NCBI GenBank assembly: GCA_040776945.1
Contig: JAXGZN010000001.1
Span: forward strand, 128,001 to 192,000
Source: Methanomassiliicoccaceae archaeon
GTDB taxonomy: Archaea > Thermoplasmatota > Thermoplasmata > Methanomassiliicoccales > Methanomassiliicoccaceae
DNA: 64,000 nucleotides
Direction: 5' to 3'
Both the position numbers and the translations under genes were made by a program. Below are positions 18,716 to 28,033 of this stretch, one piece after another (the stretch's first letter is position 1; each line of letters starts with the position of its first letter). The notes under the pieces were generated by a model. That model saw only the letters and a list, made by a program, of their open reading frames with translations. It was not told the DNA's origin and searched no databases.

Positions 18716-20419
18716 TCACGGGCTGGTGTCCTTGATCAGGGCCAGCTCACCTTCCCCCACCACCGGGCTCACCGGAATGCCCCTTATCGTGTCCACCAGT
18801 CCGAGTTCCCCTATTTTGAGCTCGGGAGCGGTGAGCAGGGTCTGATAGGACAGCGTGACGAAGGGGGCGGGAAGCGGACAGCCCATGGACCGCAGGAACT
18901 CGGTGATCTCGCGGGCTTTCCTGATCACCTCTTGCCAGGGGTCCGCGGACATCAGCCCTAGGACGGGCAGTTCCAGCCTGACGCTGTCCACTCCGTCGGT
19001 GGCGTAATAGCCGCCGCCCTGGGCGGCCACTGCGTTCATCGCCTGGGCGAGAAGGGTAGAGCTGGTGCCCACTCCGATGAGGTCGTGGGAATCGCACGAA
19101 ACCGATGAGGCGAACGCTCCCCTGTACAGTCCGAAGCCGTTGATGAAGGCCACCGCAGGTTCCGCCGGGCGATGTCGGCCGACCACCGCTATGAGCAGTA
19201 TGTCCCTAGATGGGTCTGCGTCAATGATGCCTTCATGCACACCCATCTCCGCAACCATAGATCCGCTTGATACTTTGTCCGGCATGGCTTGTATGATCCT
19301 CACCGACGCGGTCGGCCGGCGGGATGCGACCCTGAGTAACTGGGGGTCGATCGTAGAGTGGACCGTTTCCGGGGGAACGGCCGTTGGAGCGCAGGCGAAG
19401 AGCGCCGTGCCGTCCTTGGCCACCATCTGGCCATCGATCCAGGTCTCTAGTACATTGAAGGTCTTTAGATCGCTCACGACCGTAAGGTCCGCCGGTCCAT
19501 CGACCTCCACCGATCCGCCGTTAAGTCCATAATGTTCGGCCGGCCACAATGTCGCTGCCCGCACGGCATGGATGGGGTCCATGCCCTTTTCCACTGCCTT
19601 GCGCAGGAGCGAGTCCATATGGCCTTCGGGCATGTCATCGGCCCGCAGCCCGCCAGTTACCAGGATGTGCTTGTTCCTCAAAGCGAACGGGAGCAGGGCA
19701 TCCAGGTTCCCTCCCGCACTTCCTTCCCGGACCATTATCGTCATCCCTTTGCGGTGCTTCTCCTCGGCCTCCCGCGGGTCGGCACACTCATGCTCATTGG
19801 AAATCCCGGCCATGATATACCTATCAAGGTCATAACCTCGGAGGCCGGGAGCATGCCCGTCCACGCGCTTTCCCAACTGTGCTGCGACCTCGATCTTGGA
19901 CATGACTTCAGGGTCCTCGCCCAGCACCCCCTCTACGTTCACGATCTCTCCGAGCGAGACGAAGTCCTCGGTCGAGAGCATGTCCCTGACCTCCTTCCAC
20001 CCGATGACCCCCTCGTTCGTTCCGGCGCTCGACGGGGGGCCTGATGAGGGGACGCTCAAGTAGAATCGAAGCGGCGTGCTCTTCCCGTCCTTCAGAATGT
20101 ACTCCGCGCCCGCCCTGCCCGCTACGTTGGCGGCCTCGCGGGGGTCTGCCACCACCGCGGCGGTGCCGTGGGCCACCGCCAGCTCCGCGAACCGGCATGG
20201 CGTCAAGAGCGAGCGTTCGATGTGCACATGCGCGTCGATCAATCCAGGGAGTATGTATCTCATCGGAGCGGCTATCTTGCGCTCGATCCCCACGACCTTG
20301 CCCTCCCTGAAGTTCACGCAAGCGGGGAACACCTCTCCTCGGACCACGTCGACAAGTTGTCCGTCGACATGCCTCACGGTCATCGAGCCCAGCACACGGT
20401 CGTAAGCGTGGGAGGCCAT
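18716..20419 (-). CDS. ade: adenine deaminase-like protein with degenerate metal site
   Basis: PGLIDAHVHIE, DGHAPGL and EHEC motifs plus C-terminal domain; TDD is replaced by TGG. Confidence 0.8.
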   Translation of the reverse strand: MASHAYDRVLGSMTVRHVDGQLVDVVRGEVFPACVNFREGKVVGIERKIAAPMRYILPGLIDAHVHIERSLLTPCRFAELAVAHGTAAVVADPREAANVAGRAGAEYILKDGKSTPLRFYLSVPSSGPPSSAGTNEGVIGWKEVRDMLSTEDFVSLGEIVNVEGVLGEDPEVMSKIEVAAQLGKRVDGHAPGLRGYDLDRYIMAGISNEHECADPREAEEKHRKGMTIMVREGSAGGNLDALLPFALRNKHILVTGGLRADDMPEGHMDSLLRKAVEKGMDPIHAVRAATLWPAEHYGLNGGSVEVDGPADLTVVSDLKTFNVLETWIDGQMVAKDGTALFACAPTAVPPETVHSTIDPQLLRVASRRPTASVRIIQAMPDKVSSGSMVAEMGVHEGIIDADPSRDILLIAVVGRHRPAEPAVAFINGFGLYRGAFASSVSCDSHDLIGVGTSSTLLAQAMNAVAAQGGGYYATDGVDSVRLELPVLGLMSADPWQEVIRKAREITEFLRSMGCPLPAPFVTLSYQTLLTAPELKIGELGLVDTIRGIPVSPVVGEGELALIKDTSP

Positions 20420-20473
20420 GGACCATACTAGAGAGGGGAACAAAGATATGCTTTTCTAAGAATATGGAACGTT

Positions 20474-20710
20474 ATGCCGTTCCCCCGCGACGTCCTCAAC
20501 CGCCTCCGCTGGACCGATGGCCTCGAAGGCGTGGTGATCACCTATCTCCATCGAGGGGCGCCGGGGGACCGGATGAGCATCAGGGGTGAGGACCTTTTAG
20601 AGCTGGAGAGGTCGTTCTTCGTCACCACCGACAGCAAGATACCGTACCACCGGATCAGGCTCATCGAAAGACGGGGAGAGGTGTTGTACAGGGATAGAGA
20701 AGAAAGATAA
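20474..20710 (+). CDS. DUF504 / MJ1316-type RNA-repair-associated domain protein
   Basis: RDVLNRLRW, YLHRGAPG and IPYHRI motifs. Confidence 0.85.
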   Translation: MPFPRDVLNRLRWTDGLEGVVITYLHRGAPGDRMSIRGEDLLELERSFFVTTDSKIPYHRIRLIERRGEVLYRDREER

Positions 20711-20731
20711 GGAGTGGAAAGGGTTTCCTGC

Positions 20732-21343
20732 TTACCTGGGAGTGCCGCAGTTGGGGCAGTTCCTCATGAACGCGGGGTACTGCACGCCGCAGTTCTTGCA
20801 CTTGATCATCTCTGAGCGCTGCTGCTGAGGGGGCTCGGGGGCGGCGGCGACAGGCGGCGGGGGCGGTGCCTGGTACTGCTGCGGGGGGGCCTGGTGTTGG
20901 CCGGCGGGCGCCTGCTGGGGATACTGTTGGGGCTGTTGATAATATTGGGTAGGGTACTGCTGATACTGGGGCTGGAAGACCTCCTGCAGGCGCACGTATG
21001 CCAGTAGAAGGAATATCCCGGCTATGAACATGAATATCAGACCCAGGACCCCCCAGACCAGCAACTTATCGCTGGCCTCACGGAACTTGCCCTGGTCAAG
21101 AGGCTCGAAGACCGTCTTCCCCATCATATAGAACAGGAAGCCCAGGACCGCCATGGCTATCAGGAAATATATCCCCGAGGGCCACGCGAAAGTGATGAAG
21201 CTGACGATGGCCATGATCAGAGCTACCAGCGCCATTACGCCGGTTATCAGCTGCCCCCAGTACGCGAACTGGCGGGCGTCCCTGGCGGCGGCCGGAAGCC
21301 ATGCGGGCCCGGTGCCGCTTGCTAAGAATGGTATGTTGGGCAT
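20732..21343 (-). CDS. membrane protein with Q/P-rich linker and C-terminal zinc ribbon
   Basis: 3-4 TM segments, QPQYQQYP linker, CKNC...CPNC. Confidence 0.75.
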   Translation of the reverse strand: MPNIPFLASGTGPAWLPAAARDARQFAYWGQLITGVMALVALIMAIVSFITFAWPSGIYFLIAMAVLGFLFYMMGKTVFEPLDQGKFREASDKLLVWGVLGLIFMFIAGIFLLLAYVRLQEVFQPQYQQYPTQYYQQPQQYPQQAPAGQHQAPPQQYQAPPPPPVAAAPEPPQQQRSEMIKCKNCGVQYPAFMRNCPNCGTPR

Positions 21344-21562
21344 ATTTGGTATGTTTGACGACACGCTCTCCCTCCTTGACAATCTGGATAACTAATCTAT
21401 TAACGCTGAATGGTCCTCGCAAATAAATAATCTATCCATTCGATGACGCCTGGCAAAAAATTCCGCGGACCCATGGCCCGCCTGCGCCACCGTTCTTGTT
21501 ATCGATATATTTAATATACGGCAAGAATTACGAAAACAAGAAATAGAAAGGTTGAACGAGTT

Positions 21563-22363
21563 ATGAAGTATGATGAGTTCAAGGCCCTCTATGACCGGCT
21601 CAACACCCATGAGGATGTTAGGGCCCTGGCAGAAGAGACTGGCCTTGATGAGGAGCTTCTCAACGTTATTTACACCCAAAGGACGGTAAGAGAGGCGACC
21701 AAACGATATCATGTAGTTAAGAGGAACGCCCACCGGATGCTGAGGGAATGGAAGAGCGGGACCAGTCTCCTCGATATCTCCAAGAAATGGAACTTTCCTC
21801 CCGTGCTCACCGCCATGCTGATATTCCAGGAGAACGGGTTCTCCAAGAAGCAGTTCTGGAAGTACATTCGGGAACCGGAGACTATACCCAACCCCCGGAC
21901 CAAGCGTGAGATAATCGAGATCACCAAGGCAGACACCATATACTCACCGTGGGGCAACGAATTGCAGTATAAGCGAGGGACCTGGGGCGAAGAAAAGCTG
22001 CATGAGTGGCTAGACTCCCATAACATAACCTACCGGACAGAGAAGGACCTTCGCGGTAAGTTCACTAAAACACCTGACTGCCTCTTGGACGAGCCGCTGA
22101 AGGTCAACGGTTGGACCATCAACTGGATCGAGTCCAAGGCCTCGTTCGGTGATCGCACCGAGTTCAACAAGAACATCAAAGGACAGCTTGGTCAGTACGT
22201 GGACATGTTCGGCCATGGCCTTGTGGTGTACTGGTTCGGGCATGTTGACGAGGTGGACTGTCCGCCCGGCATCGAGATCATCGATGCGAACCTGTGCTCC
22301 ATGGACTGCGAGAAGACCACGGGAGAGGATTTCTGCCCGGAAGAGATAATCGACGACCCCTGA
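21563..22363 (+). CDS. C15orf41/CDIN1-family (TPD) PD-(D/E)xK nuclease
   Basis: N-terminal helical/HTH region, G..GE..L, KTPDCLL, WIESKASFGD, Q..QY...FG.G.VVYWFG. Confidence 0.85.
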   Translation: MKYDEFKALYDRLNTHEDVRALAEETGLDEELLNVIYTQRTVREATKRYHVVKRNAHRMLREWKSGTSLLDISKKWNFPPVLTAMLIFQENGFSKKQFWKYIREPETIPNPRTKREIIEITKADTIYSPWGNELQYKRGTWGEEKLHEWLDSHNITYRTEKDLRGKFTKTPDCLLDEPLKVNGWTINWIESKASFGDRTEFNKNIKGQLGQYVDMFGHGLVVYWFGHVDEVDCPPGIEIIDANLCSMDCEKTTGEDFCPEEIIDDP

Positions 22364-22434
22364 ACAGGGTCTCGTTCTGATTTTTCAATAATCGGTCAGG
22401 CAACCTAAGATACATCGAGCCTTATCCCTGACCG

Positions 22435-23409
22435 ATGCGGGACATCTCCGCCGGAGACCTTGAAAAGTACTGCTACTGCCCCCTGAGCTGGAAGCTGAGC
22501 AGGGCGGGGGGCTTGGACGCCTCGATGGCCGAGGGGGCCGTCCGGCACCGACACATGGCCAAGGAGCTGGAGAACATCGTGAGGGGGGAGTGGCGGGCCT
22601 CGGTGTATGAGCGCGCGGTAATCGTCTCTTCCCTTCTGGCCACTGCCTTCGCTCTCGTGGGCCTTTTCCTTTTCACCTCCGCCGATCTGGCCTTGCAAAG
22701 CAGGGTACTAAGCGTTCTGGCCTTGCTATGGGTCCTCCTGGCGGTCCTTTCCATGTACGCCTCCGCTCGGGCACGGCCGCCCTGGGACAAAAAGAACGGT
22801 GACCTCATCGTCGGCACCTCGGCCATCCTGGCAATGATCATGGCCTTGAGCGCGGTGCCCATCTTTGGGATCAGCAACGATAGGGGGGTGATCGCCCAGG
22901 CAATCGCGCTGGTGCTGTTGATGGGGGCCTCCATGTCCTTGTACCTGTCGCAGGCCAACCAAGATGGCGCGGAGAGGGCCAGGAAACGCTCCAAGGTCCG
23001 AGGCAACATCACCTATATAGGCGAGAACGGGTCCGCTCCTGTCCTCCGGTCGGAGGCGCATGGTCTGACAGGCAGGCCTGATTATATCCTGGAGATCGAC
23101 GGAGGACTGGTCCCGGTCGAGGTGAAGACCGGCCGGGTACCTAGAGGACCGCTTTTCTCCCATATCGTACAGCTCGCCGCCTACTGCCTTCTTCTGGAGA
23201 GCGAGGGCGAGGTGACCCACGGCATACTGAGGTACGGGGACGTCGAGCACATCATCGCCTTCGATGAGAACCTCCGCTCTCTACTGCTGAAGAAACTCGA
23301 TGAGATGAGAACGGCAGAGGCCCTAGGAGAGGTGCATCGCGACCACGGCCGTCCCGGGAAGTGCCGCTCATGCTCCCGCCGGGACCACTGTCCGGAGAGG
23401 CTCGGTTAG
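22435..23409 (+). CDS. solo Cas4-like nuclease with four inserted TM helices
   Basis: YCYCP, then 4 hydrophobic helices, then GRPDY, EVK, QLAAY and CRSCSRRDHC. Confidence 0.85.
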   Translation: MRDISAGDLEKYCYCPLSWKLSRAGGLDASMAEGAVRHRHMAKELENIVRGEWRASVYERAVIVSSLLATAFALVGLFLFTSADLALQSRVLSVLALLWVLLAVLSMYASARARPPWDKKNGDLIVGTSAILAMIMALSAVPIFGISNDRGVIAQAIALVLLMGASMSLYLSQANQDGAERARKRSKVRGNITYIGENGSAPVLRSEAHGLTGRPDYILEIDGGLVPVEVKTGRVPRGPLFSHIVQLAAYCLLLESEGEVTHGILRYGDVEHIIAFDENLRSLLLKKLDEMRTAEALGEVHRDHGRPGKCRSCSRRDHCPERLG

Positions 23410-25196
23410 TCCACGGTCACACTCTTCGCCAGGTTCCTGGGCTTGTCTATCGGGCAGCCTCTCTTCTTCGCCGTGTGGTAGGCGATCAGCTGCACCATTA
23501 CCGTCAGGGGGACGGGAGATAGGATCGGATTGACCCGTGGCAAGCTCACCGTGGAATCCGCTACCCTTGCCAGGTCACCGTCGCCCTCAATGCCGATCGC
23601 GAGTATGGGGCTGTCCCTCGCCGCCACCTCAGATATGTTGGCGAGCATCTTCTCATAGGTATGGTCATTGATGCATGCCGCCACCACCGGCGTTGATGCG
23701 TCCAAGAGCGCCAGGGGCCCATGCTTCAGTTCCCCGGCGGCGTAGCCCTCGGCGTGGATGTACGATATCTCCTTCAGCTTGAGAGCGCCCTCCAGCATCG
23801 TGGGATAGTTGACGTTGCGTCCCAGGAAGAACACATCCCGGGCGGGTACCAGCATTTCTGTTGCCGCCTCTACCTCGTGCGCCCGGTCCAGGACCTTGCC
23901 GATGTAGCGGGGCATGCCTCTCAGCTCTGATGTAAGCTCCCTGATCTCATCCCTACCCATGGTGCGTCGCAGCTGCCCGAGACGTATCCCCAGGAGGTAC
24001 ATGGCCATGAGCTGGGCGGTGTAGGTCTTAGTGGCCGCGACCCCGATCTCCGGGCCCGCTTTGGTGTAGAAAACCCGTTCGACCTCTCTCGATATCGTAC
24101 TGCCGACCACATTGGTCACCGCCAGGGTCGGACAGCCCCTCCGGCGGGCCTCCCGCGCCGCCGCCAGCGTATCCGCTGTCTCCCCGGACTGGGTGAGCAG
24201 CACGGTCAGTGGGCTTTCCCCGGTGCCGGGCGAGTATCGGTATTCCGACGCCAGCTCCACGGTCGTTGGGATCTTGGCCAGGGCCTCGATGATGTACTTC
24301 CCGACCATGGCGGCGTGATAGGACGTCCCGCATGCCACCAGCTTCACTGATGCGGGCTCCCGGTCGATCATCAGGGTTCCCGCCTCCAGGTCGTCAAGGC
24401 TCCCCAGGAGCGAGTTGTGGATGGCGGTTGGCTGCTCGAATATCTCCTTGAGCATGTAATGTTCAAAACCGCCCCGCTTGGCATCATCCACCGTCCAGGT
24501 CACCACGCACGGGTCGCGGTGGACCGGGCGGCCATCATGATCGAAGATATCGACGCGGTCTGACCGTAAGATGACGGTCTCCCCGTCCATCACATACACC
24601 GCCTTGTTGGTATAGTTCAGCATGGCGGTGACGTCCGAGGCCACGATGTTCTCCCCTACCCCAAGGCCGATCACCAGGGGATTTTCCTTGCGCGCCGCCA
24701 CGAGCTCCTTGCCGTCGGCGCGCAGGGCTACCATGGCATAGGTGCCCTTGACCTCCTTCAGGGTTTCCCTAAGCGCTGCATGGAGATCGCCGCGATAGTG
24801 CTTCTCCAGCAGGTGGACCAGCACCTCGGTGTCGGTCTCGGAGGTGAAGATGTGGCCCTCGCCGGTGAGCTCCTCCTTGAGCGCCATGTAGTTCTCGATT
24901 ATCCCATTGTGCACCACTGCGATCTTGCCGGTGCAGTCCAGGAAGGGATGGGCGTTCCGCTGGGATGGTTTTCCGCATGTCGCCCAGCGCGTGTGGCCCA
25001 CTCCGAGTTGGCCGGGAAGCCGGGGCATGTCGGCAGAGAACTTGGTGATCTCCCCTTTGTCCTTGTATATCTGGAGGCCGCTCCCTACAATGGCCACTCC
25101 TGCGGAATCGTAGCCCCTGTACTCAAGCCTCTTCAGACCATCGAGGAGCACCTCCTGCGCCTCTCGGGGACCTGCATAACCAATTATGCCGCACAT
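23406..25196 (-). CDS. glmS: glutamine--fructose-6-phosphate transaminase
   Basis: MCGIIG, EYRGYDSAG, HTRWAT and PRNLAKSVTV motifs. Confidence 0.98.
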   Translation of the reverse strand: MCGIIGYAGPREAQEVLLDGLKRLEYRGYDSAGVAIVGSGLQIYKDKGEITKFSADMPRLPGQLGVGHTRWATCGKPSQRNAHPFLDCTGKIAVVHNGIIENYMALKEELTGEGHIFTSETDTEVLVHLLEKHYRGDLHAALRETLKEVKGTYAMVALRADGKELVAARKENPLVIGLGVGENIVASDVTAMLNYTNKAVYVMDGETVILRSDRVDIFDHDGRPVHRDPCVVTWTVDDAKRGGFEHYMLKEIFEQPTAIHNSLLGSLDDLEAGTLMIDREPASVKLVACGTSYHAAMVGKYIIEALAKIPTTVELASEYRYSPGTGESPLTVLLTQSGETADTLAAAREARRRGCPTLAVTNVVGSTISREVERVFYTKAGPEIGVAATKTYTAQLMAMYLLGIRLGQLRRTMGRDEIRELTSELRGMPRYIGKVLDRAHEVEAATEMLVPARDVFFLGRNVNYPTMLEGALKLKEISYIHAEGYAAGELKHGPLALLDASTPVVAACINDHTYEKMLANISEVAARDSPILAIGIEGDGDLARVADSTVSLPRVNPILSPVPLTVMVQLIAYHTAKKRGCPIDKPRNLAKSVTVD

Positions 25197-25197
25197 A

Positions 25198-26391
25198 TCA
25201 GACCACTACGCTATGATTCTGGAGATTACCGCTCACCCTCACGCCGTCCTCTATCTGACAGCCCGCTCCGACAACCCTGCCGGGAGATATGACCACCCTG
25301 GAGCCGATGATCGCGTCCTGGCCGATCAGCGCTCCAGTGTCTGAGAGCCTGAACACCTCCCGATCGACCACGGCTTGGCTTCTTCCAGTAGGGGCGGACA
25401 GTCCTGGCCCTACCTTCACTCCGTCATCCAGGACGGAGTGGGAGACATGAGAATGGGAACCTATCCGCACGCTGCTCATTATCAGGCAATTGTTGATGTA
25501 GGTGTAGGGTTCGATGATGACCCCGTTGCCTATGCTGGTGGACGACATTATCGTTACATTGGGGCCGATGTCACAGGCCTCGCCGATCGCCACCGGGCCC
25601 TCGATGTATGAGCCAGAGCGTATGCGGCTGCCCTTCCCGATCGATACCGGGCCCTTTATAGTGACTCCGTTCTCCACCGTGCCGTTGATCCCTTGGCCAT
25701 GGAACTCGAGCGCCGACGAGTTGATATTGGGCAGGTCCCAGGGATAGACAGCGTCTATCCACTTGCCCTTGGTCTTGACCGCCGTGAAATCGAGGCGGGA
25801 GATCACGGGCGCAAGGACCTGGGTTATCCCCAGTTCCATGTCGAACTTCTGCTCTAGGAACAGGTCCAGTATGCCGCTCTTGAAGTAATAGACGCCAGTG
25901 TTGATGATGTTGCCGACCCTGACCTCCGGCTTCTCGATGATGTTGTTTATCCTTCCGTCGATTATCTGAACCACGCCATACTTCGCCGGTATCTCGGACT
26001 CGGTCACCACCATCGAGGGGCCCTTTCTCTTGGCCAGCAGGTCTGCTACCAGCTGGGCGTCGATCAAGTTGTCCCCCGCCACGGTGAGAAAGTCCTCACC
26101 GGTGAGGTGTCTGGCCGCCAATGACAAGGCGTGGGCGGTCCCCAACTGCTTGTCCTGAGCTACGTACATTATGCGGGCGCCGAACCGCCTTCCGTCCTCG
26201 AAATGCGAGAGAATGGTGTCCTTGCGGTACCCGACCACCATGATGATGTCCTTAATGCCGTTCTGGACCAAGGCCTCGACGATATAGTCCAGGATCGGCC
26301 GGTTCCCCACCGGGATCATCCCTTTGGGCCTTGACATAGTGAAAGGACGCAGTCTGGTCCCTTCTCCAGCAGCCAGAATAACCGCTTTCAA
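25198..26391 (-). CDS. glmU: bifunctional sugar-1-phosphate nucleotidyltransferase/acetyltransferase (archaeal GlmU-like)
   Basis: ILAAGEGTRLRP..RPK and EKP motifs; C-terminal hexapeptide repeats; next to glmS. Confidence 0.85.
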   Translation of the reverse strand: MKAVILAAGEGTRLRPFTMSRPKGMIPVGNRPILDYIVEALVQNGIKDIIMVVGYRKDTILSHFEDGRRFGARIMYVAQDKQLGTAHALSLAARHLTGEDFLTVAGDNLIDAQLVADLLAKRKGPSMVVTESEIPAKYGVVQIIDGRINNIIEKPEVRVGNIINTGVYYFKSGILDLFLEQKFDMELGITQVLAPVISRLDFTAVKTKGKWIDAVYPWDLPNINSSALEFHGQGINGTVENGVTIKGPVSIGKGSRIRSGSYIEGPVAIGEACDIGPNVTIMSSTSIGNGVIIEPYTYINNCLIMSSVRIGSHSHVSHSVLDDGVKVGPGLSAPTGRSQAVVDREVFRLSDTGALIGQDAIIGSRVVISPGRVVGAGCQIEDGVRVSGNLQNHSVVV

Positions 26392-26557
26392 GCTTCTTCC
26401 TCTTCATGTCCATCCGGCTCTCTGCTCATAAATCTTTTTGGCCAAATGATGCTCCCGCTAAATCGTGGTGTTATCACTTATTATACTGTGCAACAAAGTT
26501 TTAAACTGCTCACAGAGGTTTTATTTCCACTCATTGGATAAATTGTGGGGCAGATAG

Positions 26558-28024
26558 ATGGAAAAGCCGCCTAAGTTGAGGATCCCTTCCGAGATATTCC
26601 AGTTCTTCACCAATCCCGGTGGTCATTCCCTTATCGTGCGCGGCACCGCAGGGGCGGGCAAGACCACCTTCGCCCTGCAGGCCATCGAAGAGCTTTCTCC
26701 GTACCAGTGGGGGTTCTATCATTCCACCCGAGTATCCGATGCCAGCCTGTTGGCTCAGTTCCCATGGCTTAAGGACAGGGGCGATCGCCTGCTTAGGGCC
26801 GGCAGCTTCTCCGACGAGAGCGGTGAGAACGGCAAGAGGACCGGCCTGAGCGATCTAAAAGGGGTCAAGAGCCCCCCGATGGAGATTGCCAAGGTCGGAG
26901 GCCTGGCCATATCCATAGGCAAGGACCTGGGAGAGCTGGAGGCCCTTTATCGATGCATAGAAGGCAATCTGCCCGAGAAGGGACTGGTGGTCATCGACTC
27001 CATCGATGCCCTGGCCGATAAGTTCAGCATCGGATGCTCCAAGCTCGTGAACACGATCCAGAGGGACATCGTTGAGGGCTACGGCTCAAACGTGATGTTC
27101 GTCGTGGAGACCCCCGGCTCGGACCTGGACTATCTTGGGGACGGGGTGGTGAACTTCACCTGCACCGAGCACCATCATCGCCGCTTGCGGGAACTGGAGA
27201 TAATCAAGCTCAGGGGATGCGAGATCCAGCAGCCCAAGTTCATCTTCAGTTTGGACGGGGGACGGGTCCAGGCGTTTGCGCACAACCGCAACCCGGTCCC
27301 TCAGTCGGACCGAGGCCCGTGGAGGCCGTTGGGCGACCTCGATGGTAGAATATCTTCAGGACTTAGGGATCTGGACCACACGCTCAGTGGAGGGCTGGAG
27401 GTCGGGTCCATCACCCTCATCGAAATGGGCCAGGGGGTGCCGGCAAACGTCACCAGCGAACTGGAGTCGGCGCTGGTCTGCAACTTCGTTTCACTGGGCC
27501 GAGGGGTCCTATGGGTCCCCATGAGGAAGGCCTCGGCTGAGAACGCTCGGACCAAGATCGTGCGGCGCGTCCCCGGGGAGGAGATCGATCGACTGGTAAG
27601 GATACCGGAGAAGGCAGAGCAAATGGCCTCGACCGTGAGCTGCGCCATTCCGGTCGAGGGCACCAGTGCTTTCTCTGACTTCAAGTGGCAGAACATCGAG
27701 TATTCGCTGGGATCCTCGATGAGGCCGATGCTGTCCCTGATGGGCCTAGACACCATGCGGTCCATGTATGGGAGCGATGTCAGCGATCAGTTGATGGACT
27801 TCCTGTCCATGGTGCGAAGGAACAATGGCATATTCGTGGCCTTGGCCCCCACGGGCAGCGGGCCAACGGACCGCTTGGCGGACCTCGCCACGGCCCACAT
27901 TAAGATCGAGAGGGTGGGCGGCACGGTCCTTCTCTATGGCGAGGAGCCGTTCACCGAATGTTACGCGTTCGATTTCGAAGAGAAGGAGGCTGGCGGAGAT
28001 GTATCCCTCACCCGCATACTCTGA
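26558..28024 (+). CDS. GvpD/KaiC-like double-domain P-loop ATPase
   Basis: N-domain GTAGAGKTT, VIDS, DGVV and IIKLRG; C-domain SSGLRDLD with degenerate Walker A. Confidence 0.82.
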   Translation: MEKPPKLRIPSEIFQFFTNPGGHSLIVRGTAGAGKTTFALQAIEELSPYQWGFYHSTRVSDASLLAQFPWLKDRGDRLLRAGSFSDESGENGKRTGLSDLKGVKSPPMEIAKVGGLAISIGKDLGELEALYRCIEGNLPEKGLVVIDSIDALADKFSIGCSKLVNTIQRDIVEGYGSNVMFVVETPGSDLDYLGDGVVNFTCTEHHHRRLRELEIIKLRGCEIQQPKFIFSLDGGRVQAFAHNRNPVPQSDRGPWRPLGDLDGRISSGLRDLDHTLSGGLEVGSITLIEMGQGVPANVTSELESALVCNFVSLGRGVLWVPMRKASAENARTKIVRRVPGEEIDRLVRIPEKAEQMASTVSCAIPVEGTSAFSDFKWQNIEYSLGSSMRPMLSLMGLDTMRSMYGSDVSDQLMDFLSMVRRNNGIFVALAPTGSGPTDRLADLATAHIKIERVGGTVLLYGEEPFTECYAFDFEEKEAGGDVSLTRIL

Positions 28025-28033
28025 GGTGTCCTA

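Noticed and set aside
22435-23409. CRISPR-Cas locus suggested by Cas4 motifs
   Set aside because: No cas1, cas2, effector genes or repeat-spacer array in the window; treated as a solo Cas4-like gene.
26558-28024. Gas vesicle operon or circadian clock
   Set aside because: No gvpA/gvpN or kaiA/kaiB genes; only the ATPase fold is shared.
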